This document shows positions 38,816 through 49,305 of a stretch of DNA of 64,000 nt, one piece after another. The notes beneath the pieces are model-generated. The model searched no databases. It was not told the DNA's origin and saw nothing but the letters and a program-made list of their open reading frames with translations. This stretch comes from Bdellovibrionales bacterium (GTDB taxonomy: Bacteria; Bdellovibrionota; Bdellovibrionia; Bdellovibrionales; UBA1609): NCBI GenBank assembly GCA_965200875.1, contig OZ241456.1, positions 896,001 through 960,000 of the forward strand. Direction: 5' to 3'. The first letter of the stretch is position 1; every line of letters begins with the position of its first letter. The position numbers were made by a program, and so were the translations under genes.

Positions 38816-40291
38816 ATGATTACTTTACTTTTTGTTTTTTTATCTGGTTTGTTGTTAGGTGCTGTTTCGGTTTATCTGTGGCTGAACAAAAAACAAAGCC
38901 CTTTGCAGATAAAGATGGAAAAAGAGCACGCGGAAAGAGAAAGAGATAAATTGCGGGTTGAAAATGAAGATTACAGGCAAAAAGAAATTAGCTGGATAGA
39001 GCAGTCTTCCTCCCTAAAAAGCCGGGAGGAGCAAAAAACCAGAGACTTAGAAAATCAGGAGCAACTTTATAAAGAAAAAATTCAAGAAAAAGAGTCGCGT
39101 TTTGAAAAAGAGCTGAGTCATCAGAAATCTCATTATGAGGAAAAGTTACAAAATCAACAATCTCAGTTTGAGAATCAAAGAGAAGCCGAAAAAAAGTTTT
39201 ATACGGAAAGAGAAGAGCATTTTAAACAGTTGGCGGAAAAAGCAAAAATTGAGTTTGAAAACACAGCTAAAAAGATTTTTTTGGAGAGCACAAAATCTTA
39301 CGGAGAAGAGTCTTCAAAAAATCTTTCTCAAATTCTCAAACCTTTTAAAGAGGACATTGAAGGTTTTAAAAAGTCTGTTCAAAGTTTTGAAAGTAAAGAA
39401 AAATTTTTGGATCAGACGATCAATAACTTCAAGGATATAAATTTGGAAATGAGAGGTGAGACAAAGAAACTCACTCAAGCTCTTAAAGGGGATATAAAAA
39501 CCCAAGGGCAATGGGGAGAATTTGTGTTGGCGAATATCCTTGAAAAATCGGGGTTGAGAAAAAATGAGGAGTTTTTAACCAACAAGCAAAAAATGGATAT
39601 AAAAGATGATAAAGGTTCTTCCATTAAACCTGATGTGATTATTAAACTGCCTGATAACAAACAAATTGTCATAGATTCCAAAGTGTCTCTGACTCATTAC
39701 CAAGAATACCTTTCATCAGATACAGAAGAGCAAAGAGGAAAATGTTTAATGAAAATTTTAAACTCTGTCAGCACGCATATAGATAACTTATCCTCCAAAA
39801 AATATTCATTTGCTGAAGGGCTGAGGACACCTGATTTTACTTTGATGTTTATTCCCAATGAAGGAATATTTTCTCTTGTGACACAAGCTAAAAAAGATCT
39901 TTTTGAAAAAGCGTGGAATCAATCCATTGTTTTGGTCAGTCCAACGACTTTATATGCCACTTTAAGAACAGTGGCTTCAATATGGAAAATAGAAAGGCAA
40001 AATAAAAATGCCAAACAAATTGCCAGAGAAAGTGGCTTGCTTTATGATAAATTTATAGGTTTTTTAAATGATATGAACAGTATCGAAAAAGGGCTTGATA
40101 GTGCTCAGAAAAATTATGATCAAGCTTTTAAAAAACTTAAAACTGGCAGAGGAAGTTTAATTGGAAAAGTGGAAAGAATTAAAACCTTAGGTGCGAATAC
40201 AAGTAAAGTTCTGCCGGAAACTTTTCGACAGGAAAAGGATAAAATAGAAGATGACAGCATTCCCTCGGCTAACAGCCCAGCACTGGAATAA
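38816..40291 (+). CDS. rmuC: DNA recombination protein RmuC
   Basis: N-terminal TM helix, coiled coil, QGQWGEFVL, PDVIIKLP...IDSKVSL, MFIPNEG, LVSPTTL. Confidence 0.93.
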   Translation: MITLLFVFLSGLLLGAVSVYLWLNKKQSPLQIKMEKEHAERERDKLRVENEDYRQKEISWIEQSSSLKSREEQKTRDLENQEQLYKEKIQEKESRFEKELSHQKSHYEEKLQNQQSQFENQREAEKKFYTEREEHFKQLAEKAKIEFENTAKKIFLESTKSYGEESSKNLSQILKPFKEDIEGFKKSVQSFESKEKFLDQTINNFKDINLEMRGETKKLTQALKGDIKTQGQWGEFVLANILEKSGLRKNEEFLTNKQKMDIKDDKGSSIKPDVIIKLPDNKQIVIDSKVSLTHYQEYLSSDTEEQRGKCLMKILNSVSTHIDNLSSKKYSFAEGLRTPDFTLMFIPNEGIFSLVTQAKKDLFEKAWNQSIVLVSPTTLYATLRTVASIWKIERQNKNAKQIARESGLLYDKFIGFLNDMNSIEKGLDSAQKNYDQAFKKLKTGRGSLIGKVERIKTLGANTSKVLPETFRQEKDKIEDDSIPSANSPALE

Positions 40292-40413
40292 ATCAACAGG
40301 GAAATTGTGGATGTTCAATTAATCGCTTAAGTCTCAAAGCTTTTGCTTACTGGTAACGACTACTTTTAACTGAGAATGGAAATATTTTTCATCCAAACAG
40401 GAGATATAAAAAT

Positions 40414-41832
40414 ATGGCTGATAAAAAAACGAGTCCAAAAAAGAAAAAACTTCCTGCAAATCGCTCCATGACTTTCAGTATCAAGAATGTTCGTTGTTTT
40501 GCGGAAACACAGGATCTAAAAATCAAACCTCTTACTTTTTTAACCGGGGAAAACAGCACAGGAAAAACCACTATCTTGGGCTGTTTTCATATTGCTAGTA
40601 AATTAATAAGATCGCGATCTTTTTGGAGCGGTTCTCCTAACTTTAATCGAACACCCTATGAAATGGGATCCTTTAATGATATTGTTAGAAATATTCCCAG
40701 CAGTGGCCAGCTTTCTGACCTTTCTGAAGGAAAGTCTAAATCAAAAGAGCAAAAAAAACCTGCAAATTCTGAATTTGAGTTGGGACTGCTTTCTGAAGAG
40801 CTAAAAGCGCAATGTATTATTTCTTTTAAAAAGAAAACAAAAGGGGAAGAACCAAACATCAAAAGCATAACAATGAAAACTTTTGAGGGTAATGATAACC
40901 CTTCTCTCACTTTTGATTACAAAAAATTTCTTATTACTGGGTCTTCAAAAAAACATAAAACTTCTTCTATTCTGTTTAAAGATATTGATAAAGATATTAT
41001 AGATATTCCCTATATACCCCCTTCTATTTTATTGTATTTAATCAGAAAAAAAAAGGTGGTAGGTAAGACAAAAAAAGCTGAGGAATCTCACTTAATAAAG
41101 GTTCTTAAGAAGTTTGAGAGTATGATACATTCCATTTTTAGCCCTTTTCAAAAGTCTTTTATTACTATAGCTCCTGTGCGTTCAAAGCCTCAAAGGACTT
41201 ATAACTCTATGAGAGAAAGCATGGATCCAGAAGGTAAGGAAATCCCCATGATTTTAATGCTTCTTAATGCCAATGAAGAAAAAGAATGGAAAAAGCTTTA
41301 TAGTAATTTACTGAAGTTTGGTAAGTTTTCAGGACTTTTCTCTGATATTAAAGTTAAAAGGTTTGAGGAATCCACAAGTGGCCCGTTTCAGTTGCGGTTT
41401 GAAGTCAAAGGGGTTACGTCCAATATGATTGATACAGGTTATGGTATAAGCCAAATACTGCCTTTGCTTGTACATATCTTTTGTGCTCCAAAAGAATATC
41501 AGTTTTTACTTCAACAGCCAGAGGTGCATTTGCACCCCAAGGCACAGGCAGAGCTTTCCTCTTTGTTGATTCAAAGTATAAAAACCAAAAAACATTCTTT
41601 TATGGTGGAAACGCATAGTGACTACATGGTGGACAGAGCGCGCATAGAAATCCAAAAAGGAACTATCTCTCCTGATGATGTGTCTTTAATATACTTGGAA
41701 CACACAAAGGATGGCTCTGTAAAAGCACACAATATATCTTTTGATAAACAAGGGAATGTGTTAAACGCCCCTTCCGGTTATCGGGATTTTTTTCTAAAAG
41801 AAACTGATCGAGTTTTGGGATTGGGAGATTAA
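40414..41832 (+). CDS. ABC-type AAA ATPase (AAA_15/AAA_21-like, DUF3696-like C-terminus)
   Basis: GENSTGKTT Walker A, DTGYGISQILP, LLQQPEVHLHPKAQ, VETHSDY. Confidence 0.88.
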   Translation: MADKKTSPKKKKLPANRSMTFSIKNVRCFAETQDLKIKPLTFLTGENSTGKTTILGCFHIASKLIRSRSFWSGSPNFNRTPYEMGSFNDIVRNIPSSGQLSDLSEGKSKSKEQKKPANSEFELGLLSEELKAQCIISFKKKTKGEEPNIKSITMKTFEGNDNPSLTFDYKKFLITGSSKKHKTSSILFKDIDKDIIDIPYIPPSILLYLIRKKKVVGKTKKAEESHLIKVLKKFESMIHSIFSPFQKSFITIAPVRSKPQRTYNSMRESMDPEGKEIPMILMLLNANEEKEWKKLYSNLLKFGKFSGLFSDIKVKRFEESTSGPFQLRFEVKGVTSNMIDTGYGISQILPLLVHIFCAPKEYQFLLQQPEVHLHPKAQAELSSLLIQSIKTKKHSFMVETHSDYMVDRARIEIQKGTISPDDVSLIYLEHTKDGSVKAHNISFDKQGNVLNAPSGYRDFFLKETDRVLGLGD

Positions 41833-41837
41833 GCCTG

Positions 41838-42269
41838 ATGTGTATGATTTTGGATAAAAACTGTTGGGGAATTTTTTTGAAAAAAACATCAGATATGAAG
41901 CCCATTTATCAATGGCTTGAAAAAAGAAAAGGTAAATTGGTTTACTCTGATCTTAAAAAAATATTAATTGATGGAGGGGAGTCAAAAAAAATGACAATCT
42001 TTATTAATGAGAGAAGCCGTGTCGGTCAGACAAAATGTATTGATTCATCAAAGGTGGAAGAAGCCATCACAGAAATCAAGGAAAGCAACACTACATTAAA
42101 ATCAAATGATATACATATTTTTGGTCTAGCTAAAGCCTCCAATACAAAACTTTTATGCTCCAATGATCAAAAACTGCAAAAGGACTTTAAGAAGATTATC
42201 AGAAACGGCAGTATATACAAAAGTGCGAAACACCACCAGCATCTGTTAACAAAAGATGTTTGTCCATAA
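41838..42269 (+). CDS. PIN-like domain protein
   Basis: ILDKN at N-terminus, SNDIHIFGLA, LLCSNDQKL: acidic pattern of the PIN fold; 5 bp after the ATPase. Confidence 0.65.
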   Translation: MCMILDKNCWGIFLKKTSDMKPIYQWLEKRKGKLVYSDLKKILIDGGESKKMTIFINERSRVGQTKCIDSSKVEEAITEIKESNTTLKSNDIHIFGLAKASNTKLLCSNDQKLQKDFKKIIRNGSIYKSAKHHQHLLTKDVCP

Positions 42270-42409
42270 CCTCATATATTGTATTGGTGTTTAAAAGTAG
42301 AAATCAGCATGAAACAGTATGAGGATCACTCCCTCGCCAGCCATTTCCGCAAAAAAACACTGTTTTTTTTATTATTGAGGCATATTTGATACCATGATAT
42401 ACTCCAGAG

Positions 42410-42640
42410 ATGAGTACTTTAAAAGATTTGTATAAAGATATATGGCCAGTGGTTACTTTACTCATTATTTATACTGGCTTAATTTTTACTGGTTTTAATT
42501 GGATGCTTTCTGCTAAGATAGATCCAATAAATGAAAAGCTGGATAATCATATCACTGACACAAATAAAAAGATTGATCGGTTAAGTGAGCGTTTTGATAA
42601 ACTGTATCATCACCTTTTGAAGGAAAAAGAAAATAAGTGA
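42410..42640 (+). CDS. Small membrane-anchored coiled-coil protein
   Basis: TM helix then SAKIDPINEKLD; resembles the 11195 ORF (NAKIDP). Confidence 0.65.
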   Translation: MSTLKDLYKDIWPVVTLLIIYTGLIFTGFNWMLSAKIDPINEKLDNHITDTNKKIDRLSERFDKLYHHLLKEKENK

Positions 42641-42864
42641 TTTATTCCAAATCCATAAAAAGATTGGTTCTTTGAGCTATTTCCCTAGCTATATTCTCAT
42701 TACTTTGTCTGTAAAACTAAAGGCTTGTTTTTTTTTATTTGTCGGAGGATTAGCTTTTGCCAGTCCAATAACAGATGAAAAAATAAGAAACATAATATTC
42801 TTTTCATAATATATATTTCGGCTTTTTTAGATGTGCTATTAAGTGAGATTTTGAAAAAAAAAGA

Positions 42865-43662
42865 TTATTTTTCAGATATGATATAGGCTACCCAAGATTC
42901 ACATTCTTCTCCTGTTTTTTTACGAACAAACCTACCATTTCCTTCTCCTTTTTTATTAGTTCCTTCCCAATAAATATGAGTTTTTCGAAAACCTGCCTCT
43001 AAAAGCAAGTCTCTAATCTCAGGAATAGTCCAAAGTCGCCAATCATAACTAAATACCCGCTTTCTCTTTTTTTCTCCTCTTCTCTTGTAATGAATATGAA
43101 ATACGGAATGGTGAGAAACAGGATCAAAGTTTTTTTGATCCCAGTAATAAATAAAAGAACCATGATTTACCTGTTCTTCATTTGCCTGAAAACACTCACT
43201 GCCTCCAAAGCAATCCAATACAAGAATGCCTTTAGTGTTCAAAGACTTTAAGCAGTTCAGAAAATACTTTTTCAGCTCTTCTCTTTTCTTTAAAGCAAAA
43301 TAGGAAAAATTCAAAGCAGCTATAATGTCTGCTTTCGTTATATTAGGGTTTAAAACACTGGAGTGGATGAGCTGAATCCGGCTTTTTTGGTGTTCATTCA
43401 GTTCTGTCAGGTTGTTTTCTCTTCCATATTGAAGTGGTTTTTTATCAATATCTACAGCTGATGCTTTATAAAGTTTGCCCATTTTAACCCACTCACAACT
43501 TAAAGAGAAAGTGGAGCAAAAATCTTCACGAAAAACATAGCCACTTTTCTTTTTTAAAGATCGGTAACAGTTTCGAATAAAACGAACATCTATATCCGGG
43601 GACTGCACGGAATGACGATAATGCCAATATTTATCAAATTTTTTTTTCATGGAATAATACAC
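42865..43662 (-). CDS. Class I SAM-dependent methyltransferase
   Basis: REDFCST, AVDID, ALNFSYF, GILVLDCFGG, YDWRLWTIPEIRDLL.EAGF. Confidence 0.8.
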   Translation of the reverse strand: MYYSMKKKFDKYWHYRHSVQSPDIDVRFIRNCYRSLKKKSGYVFREDFCSTFSLSCEWVKMGKLYKASAVDIDKKPLQYGRENNLTELNEHQKSRIQLIHSSVLNPNITKADIIAALNFSYFALKKREELKKYFLNCLKSLNTKGILVLDCFGGSECFQANEEQVNHGSFIYYWDQKNFDPVSHHSVFHIHYKRRGEKKRKRVFSYDWRLWTIPEIRDLLLEAGFRKTHIYWEGTNKKGEGNGRFVRKKTGEECESWVAYIISEK

Positions 43663-43671
43663 CTTTCTATT

Positions 43672-44322
43672 TCACTCGCGATTGGCTAATGAAGGCACTT
43701 GCACCACTTTTTTCTCTGGAAACCAGAGACCAGTAAGGAAACCTCCATAGACACAACCGGTATCCAAACCAATAGAGTTTTGTTTTATCTTTAAGCCCTG
43801 TTTAGCCCAGTGCGCATAAACAACCAATTTAGAACCCGTATAGAGATCATGCCAAGCAGGATAAACAGGATCTGTCACCATGCTTTCCTCTTTTTCATCC
43901 CAATAACGAATATTGATTAAATATTCTGTTTTCGATTGACGAGGATGCTCTCCCGGCACCACTCCTCCATGTACTGCCAAAAAATTCTCTTCCTCCACAT
44001 ACACTGGCCAGCTTTTTATCCAAGATAACCATTCTTTCAGTTTGATTCCCATATTTTTTTTCAATTTCTCTAACAAAGGAGGTAAGGAAAGATGCTCTTC
44101 AATGGAGTTAATAAATTCCCATTCATGGTTTCCAAGAAGAGCTGTTATTTGCCGTTCACGCACCCAAGACAGAACTTTAAAAGAATCAGGCCCTTTATTA
44201 ATCAAATCCCCTAATAAAATGAGTCGGTGATAATCAACATTATATTCTGCTTTTTTAAGCAGAATCTGCAACTCATCAAAACACCCATGCACATCTCCCA
44301 CAAAAAAAATTCGCTCTACCAT
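43672..44322 (-). CDS. Metallophosphoesterase (ApaH/PrpE-like)
   Basis: GDVHGC, GDLINKGPDS, GNHE, VHGG, GLDTGCVYGG. Confidence 0.9.
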   Translation of the reverse strand: MVERIFFVGDVHGCFDELQILLKKAEYNVDYHRLILLGDLINKGPDSFKVLSWVRERQITALLGNHEWEFINSIEEHLSLPPLLEKLKKNMGIKLKEWLSWIKSWPVYVEEENFLAVHGGVVPGEHPRQSKTEYLINIRYWDEKEESMVTDPVYPAWHDLYTGSKLVVYAHWAKQGLKIKQNSIGLDTGCVYGGFLTGLWFPEKKVVQVPSLANRE

Positions 44323-44421
44323 ATCAAAAAGCCTCTTTTAATCAATCAATACCGGTTCTTAGATGCGTACAGAACAGGCAGAGTGTTTTACGGAAAACCA
44401 ATGTTGGAAATTTATTTCCAT

Positions 44422-45351
44422 CTACAATCCAAAAATCAGATTAAATTTAACCAAAACATTTTTTTTATTTTTTGAAAACACTAATTCCTTGCTTTCCTGA
44501 AAAAGACAGTGAGAAAGTGCTCTCCTACTTTGAATATTCCCATTTCCCTGCAATTTTAATTTGGTTTTTTCCACTTTAGTTTGACTGAGTGTTAAAAAAA
44601 TTACAGCTTTTACAGATAGTTTTTCATCTTTTAGTAAAGCTTGTTCATAACAATCCCGAAACTGAAAACTATGCTGATCAATCACTCTCATAATATTCGC
44701 ATAATTTGCACCTCCATCTATTGTATCTGACTCCAATAATCGTATACGATTCCATAGCTGTTTCCGTGGAACATTCGCTTTTCTTTCAATATGTTTTTTA
44801 TACCCTAAACTCAATCCTGCCTTTAATTTCCTCTCTGCCTGAGCCAATGAAGATCTGTGCTTTTGTTTTTGCTCTTGCTTTTGTTTATCAAAATCAGCAG
44901 ATAAAACAGGGTTTTTTGATTTTTTCAGGACACTTAACAAGCTGTCTAAAGCAAGAATCTGCTTATCAGTCTTCTCATCATCTATTTCCAACAAAGTGGA
45001 GGAATTAATAACAATATCACTATTTTCATCAAATACAGGATCCAGAGGAGCAGAGACCATTGCATCCATTAATTCAAAATCAACTACATTTTCAATAACC
45101 ACTGTTTCTTTATTAGTGAGAATAGAGTTAAAAAAACCATTAAAAACAGTTAGAAAAAAAATAATATGCAAAATAATGGAAATAGAAAAAGAAATAAAAT
45201 GACGCCATTTCTGTTTAATCAGATCTTTTCTTTCATCTTTGCTTATACTTTTGAGATATAGATGTTTTTCTTTATACTCTTTTATAAAAAAAGCAATAAC
45301 CCGCCACGGAAAAATATACCAATATTTTTTTCTGAATGATTTATTACTCAT
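44422..45351 (-). CDS. TonB/TolA-like energy transducer with AgmX/PglI-type C-terminal domain (GltG-like)
   Basis: Single TM helix with SxxxH (SIILH); C-terminal I.RVI......FRDCYE.AL.....L. Confidence 0.6.
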   Translation of the reverse strand: MSNKSFRKKYWYIFPWRVIAFFIKEYKEKHLYLKSISKDERKDLIKQKWRHFISFSISIILHIIFFLTVFNGFFNSILTNKETVVIENVVDFELMDAMVSAPLDPVFDENSDIVINSSTLLEIDDEKTDKQILALDSLLSVLKKSKNPVLSADFDKQKQEQKQKHRSSLAQAERKLKAGLSLGYKKHIERKANVPRKQLWNRIRLLESDTIDGGANYANIMRVIDQHSFQFRDCYEQALLKDEKLSVKAVIFLTLSQTKVEKTKLKLQGNGNIQSRRALSHCLFQESKELVFSKNKKNVLVKFNLIFGL

Positions 45352-45353
45352 GG

Positions 45354-45689
45354 CTAGTCTCTCTTTTTCAACACAGGGCTTGGTTGAACTGGTTTCAGTA
45401 GGTTTTTCTCAAATTCTTTTAATTCCTCTTCAGCCACGATGCCAATAGCTTTATTAAAATATTTTTTTGAGTGTACAAGTTTTACATTTGGTCTTCTGAT
45501 TTCCCCTTTGATTTCAATAGCTCCTAAGTCCAATATTTTTTGTTTTCCAAAGGAAAAAAAAGAAAACATACTCAATAAAGCAACAGTCATTGCCACCTTC
45601 ATAACCACTTTCATTGAAAAAAACAGTTTAAAGAGAATTGAATTATCGACAAAAAGGTTATAACAATATCTTTTTTGTTTTCTCAACAT
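45354..45689 (-). CDS. Small secreted protein, GltF-like (true start probably the later MKVVMK)
   Basis: Signal peptide, then LDLGAIEIKGEIRRP; lies directly upstream of the GltG-like gene. Confidence 0.55.
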   Translation of the reverse strand: MLRKQKRYCYNLFVDNSILFKLFFSMKVVMKVAMTVALLSMFSFFSFGKQKILDLGAIEIKGEIRRPNVKLVHSKKYFNKAIGIVAEEELKEFEKNLLKPVQPSPVLKKRD

Positions 45690-45718
45690 AAATTATACTC
45701 CCTTGACAGTCAGCAAGT

Positions 45719-48166
45719 TTACTTCCATTGACTCACAATATTTCTTAACTCTTTATATTTTTCCCCATAAGGTGAGCTGTTAGCCAACTTTGTCAGCTCA
45801 CTTTCAAAGAGGTTGATTTGACGAGTTAAAAGAGTTTTCATTTGTTTTGCCACCGACTTTAAGTGCCATTTCCGTTTTTGATAATGAGAAACTGCTTTTT
45901 TAAGGTCCATAATCATTCCTGATGTTTTACTATCCAACTGAGATATTCCTTTTTTCATCCACAGAGTTTTTTTTTGTGTTCTCTCAAGCCATACAAAATC
46001 CCATGCCAAAGCACTGGCTCGTAACACAGAAGGTAGTTGAAGGTTTCCTAGAAACTTATGCTTGTTTTTTTTCTTATGGCCTTTTTTTATAACAAAAAAA
46101 TCATTTCCATCTGTGTTTTTCATCCAGCAACACTGATAAATAAATCTCAATAGAGGGGAGGTTTTTATTTCTTTCAGAACCTCTGACTGTAAAACACTGA
46201 CACAAGAGTTTTTATTATACAAGATTTTTTCAAATAATTCCACAGCCATATTTTTTTTCAAAAATACGGAAGATAATTTGTTCCAGTGTTCCACGATCAA
46301 ATGTATTTGTTCTGTCTTTAAATAATTTACAGCTAAAAACAAAGACACTGTTTTTTTATCTTTCTTTTTTGAAGGAAAATACTTTAATAATTTTTTCATC
46401 ACTCTGGCTTTTTGAAGTGAATCCATATCATCAGCCAAAGCTTTTTTAAACCAGGGTAGTGTTTTACGATAGGAGTCAACTTTGGATAAAGGCAACAGAT
46501 GTTTCAGTTCTTCCTGAGTTACTGCTGATGGCTTGTGGATCAGTATGTCCAAGTAATATTTTTTAAGGGATTTTGAGCTGAAGCGGTTTAGAAATTGTTT
46601 GATTTCTGCTGGTTGGTAACTATCAATGTGAGATAATACTAAATTTGGAAGTAAATCCTTTTCCCACCACTGTTCTTTCGCTTGCAATATATGCTTTTGT
46701 ACGACAAAATGAACTTGTTTTAAATTCAAAAAATCAAACAAACTGTTTTCCCATGAACTATCCATCTTTTTGTACTTTTGAATAATGGTGTTTGAACTGA
46801 GTACAGTATGCACTGCCTTTTCAATTTTCTGAAGTTCTCCTTTTGCTTTTTTGCAAAATTGAAAAGTTTCTGAAAAAGTTTTTTCCAACTCTTTATGTGG
46901 TGTACTTGAGTCTGCGAGATCAGTCATTTCAATTAACAGGCTGAGAGATTCGCTACAAGCTTTATTCTTTAACCCCATATTGCTATACACCAGAAGTAGT
47001 GGCCAACGTTCAATACCTTTCCGCTTCACTTTTACATATAAATCAGCGAGAGCTCCAAACCATTTTTTTTCGACTTGTTTTTTGGTTTTTGAAGAAGTTA
47101 CAGTATGAGCACATGAATTTAATACGGAAAGCGTTAACTCTCTATCTAGGTTCTGTATTTGTGATTTTTGCATCCAAGGTAAAAGCTGACAAGGATGATC
47201 CATAAACACAGTTCTATCCCGTAAAATCACATTTAATATATCGGTGGATAACTGCTGATCCACAGACAAAGCAGAAACTATTTTATTCATATTTTTTTTG
47301 AATGTTCGGTGCATTCCTTTTAACATTCCTCTTATTAAAACTTCTTTCTCCTCCTCGGAAATAGTTTTAATAACTTTTTTCAAACTGCCAAAAGACACTT
47401 TATTTTTAAAGTACTGGCTTTCAACCCATGTTTTTCCTAAATCAGAAAGTATAATATCACTTAATCGGTTTGCTTTTTGCTCCAAAGCCTGAATCAGCAG
47501 ATTAAAAGCTGGTGTCCATTTTTTTTGATTAACATATATCCAAGATTTTTTATGTAAAATATAAGCAACTGAAGATTTTAATCGAGCCTCCTCCTGCTTT
47601 AATACCAATTTTTTTTGATGCTTGATAATTCCAGGCTGTGCAGAAGAGGAAACAACGAGTAAATTAATCAGCTTTAAAGCTTCTTTATAACAACGATCTG
47701 CCTTCTTTAAATAACCTAATTCAAAAAAACCATCTCCTGCTTCAATCCATAAGGACATTCTTTTGTTTTCCGGGATATTTTTTGCGTAACGAGCGGCTAT
47801 AAAAGCATATTCATAACGTTTTTCTTTCATTAACACATTGTTTGGTAATTCATTTAACAGGAGGGCATAATGTCCTTTCTTGTTGTTATTTACTTTGTTC
47901 TTTATTTCCTGCTCCATTAAAGGAACAGCTGTTGAATATTCTTTTTTTTTCAATAGAGAAAGAATCCGTAAGGCTTTTTTATCTATTGAATATGCAGAAA
48001 ATACACATAAAAAATTTACTAGAAAAAAAACAAGGATGATCTGAAAACACATATACCATATTTTTATACTTCTGAATTGATCTAAAATATTCAGTGTTGT
48101 AGTTTTTTCAAACCACATCTGACAGTTCAAATGTTTGGCATATCTTAAACTGGTAGAGTTCAACAT
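45719..48166 (-). CDS. Large helical/TPR-like exported protein (GltD-like position)
   Basis: Signal-like segment; TPR-like AGDGFFELGYLKKADRCYKEAL and AYILHKKSWIY; start uncertain. Confidence 0.6.
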   Translation of the reverse strand: MLNSTSLRYAKHLNCQMWFEKTTTLNILDQFRSIKIWYMCFQIILVFFLVNFLCVFSAYSIDKKALRILSLLKKKEYSTAVPLMEQEIKNKVNNNKKGHYALLLNELPNNVLMKEKRYEYAFIAARYAKNIPENKRMSLWIEAGDGFFELGYLKKADRCYKEALKLINLLVVSSSAQPGIIKHQKKLVLKQEEARLKSSVAYILHKKSWIYVNQKKWTPAFNLLIQALEQKANRLSDIILSDLGKTWVESQYFKNKVSFGSLKKVIKTISEEEKEVLIRGMLKGMHRTFKKNMNKIVSALSVDQQLSTDILNVILRDRTVFMDHPCQLLPWMQKSQIQNLDRELTLSVLNSCAHTVTSSKTKKQVEKKWFGALADLYVKVKRKGIERWPLLLVYSNMGLKNKACSESLSLLIEMTDLADSSTPHKELEKTFSETFQFCKKAKGELQKIEKAVHTVLSSNTIIQKYKKMDSSWENSLFDFLNLKQVHFVVQKHILQAKEQWWEKDLLPNLVLSHIDSYQPAEIKQFLNRFSSKSLKKYYLDILIHKPSAVTQEELKHLLPLSKVDSYRKTLPWFKKALADDMDSLQKARVMKKLLKYFPSKKKDKKTVSLFLAVNYLKTEQIHLIVEHWNKLSSVFLKKNMAVELFEKILYNKNSCVSVLQSEVLKEIKTSPLLRFIYQCCWMKNTDGNDFFVIKKGHKKKNKHKFLGNLQLPSVLRASALAWDFVWLERTQKKTLWMKKGISQLDSKTSGMIMDLKKAVSHYQKRKWHLKSVAKQMKTLLTRQINLFESELTKLANSSPYGEKYKELRNIVSQWK

Positions 48167-48870
48167 TGACTATCCACCCTTATTCTTAAATTTTTAGGAT
48201 TGCCCAGCTGCTTTAATTGAGAAATATCCAAGGGCCACCAATATATTTGATTTTTCCATTTCACTTTGGTTTTATGTTGACTTTGAGTGTCAAACAATTT
48301 ACTTAAACTCAGAAAATCTTTTGTTTGTTTTATTTTTGAAGAGTTTTTCTTTATCCTCTTTGCCAAGGCCAAGCTCCACTTTATAATTTTTCCAGAATCC
48401 TGAAAACGGCAATGGCGAAATAAAGCCAAAATTTCCAGTGTTAACAGATCCTGGCGAAAATAACTCACAGACAATTTATCATTGGAAAGCAGAACTCTTC
48501 TGTAATACACCGCCAAACCAAAGAAGCGATCCCAATCTTTATGAATATAGTTTATTTTTTGAATTTCCATCAGCCCGGAAACAAAATCCGGTTCTCCATA
48601 ATTTAAGGTTTCAAATTGATCTCGAGCGGCTGTCAGTTCTCCTTTTTGAAATAAATCAACTCCTCTCAGAAAAACAGAAAGTTTTCCATTAGTTTTCTTT
48701 AACTGTTTTTTCGGGCGGGAAGGAGAACCGAAGTTAGAATCTTCAGAAGAATTAACCGCAATAGGTTTTTCATTTATATGAGTACAGGAGAAAAGAAATA
48801 AGCAAAAAGTCAGTGTAAACGCTTTTTTCATATCAATACTCCATTTTTCTAGGAAATAGTGTGTCTCCAC
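48160..48870 (-). CDS. Lipoprotein, possibly GltC-like
   Basis: MKKAFTLTFCLFLFSC lipobox; TPR-like segment; operon context. Confidence 0.55.
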   Translation of the reverse strand: METHYFLEKWSIDMKKAFTLTFCLFLFSCTHINEKPIAVNSSEDSNFGSPSRPKKQLKKTNGKLSVFLRGVDLFQKGELTAARDQFETLNYGEPDFVSGLMEIQKINYIHKDWDRFFGLAVYYRRVLLSNDKLSVSYFRQDLLTLEILALFRHCRFQDSGKIIKWSLALAKRIKKNSSKIKQTKDFLSLSKLFDTQSQHKTKVKWKNQIYWWPLDISQLKQLGNPKNLRIRVDSQC

Positions 48871-48897
48871 ACAAATGGAGATTAAAACTCTGACGAT

Positions 48898-49305
48898 TTA
48901 TTTACGGGATTCAACAGAGACAGCAAATCTATTCACCCCCGCTTTCCTGACAAAATCGATCAGCGAGATTACATTTCCATGAGCCACATTTTTATCAGCG
49001 GCAATCACTATTTTTGTATTTTTATCTTTTTTTATAAATTTTTCCAGTTCTTGTTTTAATGTTGTTTTTTTTAAAAGTTTTCGATTTAAATAAATTTTGC
49101 CATCTATATCTATTGTCAGTAGTGCCTTCACATTTTCTGGTTGCTGGGCTGTTTCTGCTTTAGGTAAATTGATATCAAACCCAGGATTAATAAACGCAGG
49201 AGAAACAATCAAAAAAATAATCAGGATGACCAATACTATATCAACAAAAGGAATAATATTAATTTCAGACACTATAGCATTGTGCTCATTCGATCTGGTT
49301 TGCAT
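48898..49305 (-). CDS. ExbD/TolR-family protein (AglS/Q-like)
   Basis: EINIIPFVDIVLVILIIF with conserved Asp, INLPKA, IAADKNV.HG. Confidence 0.92.
   Translation of the reverse strand: MQTRSNEHNAIVSEINIIPFVDIVLVILIIFLIVSPAFINPGFDINLPKAETAQQPENVKALLTIDIDGKIYLNRKLLKKTTLKQELEKFIKKDKNTKIVIAADKNVAHGNVISLIDFVRKAGVNRFAVSVESRK

Noticed and set aside
42696..42810. Short minus-strand signal-peptide-like ORF
   Set aside because: About 35 codons and apparently frameshifted; cannot be supported as a gene
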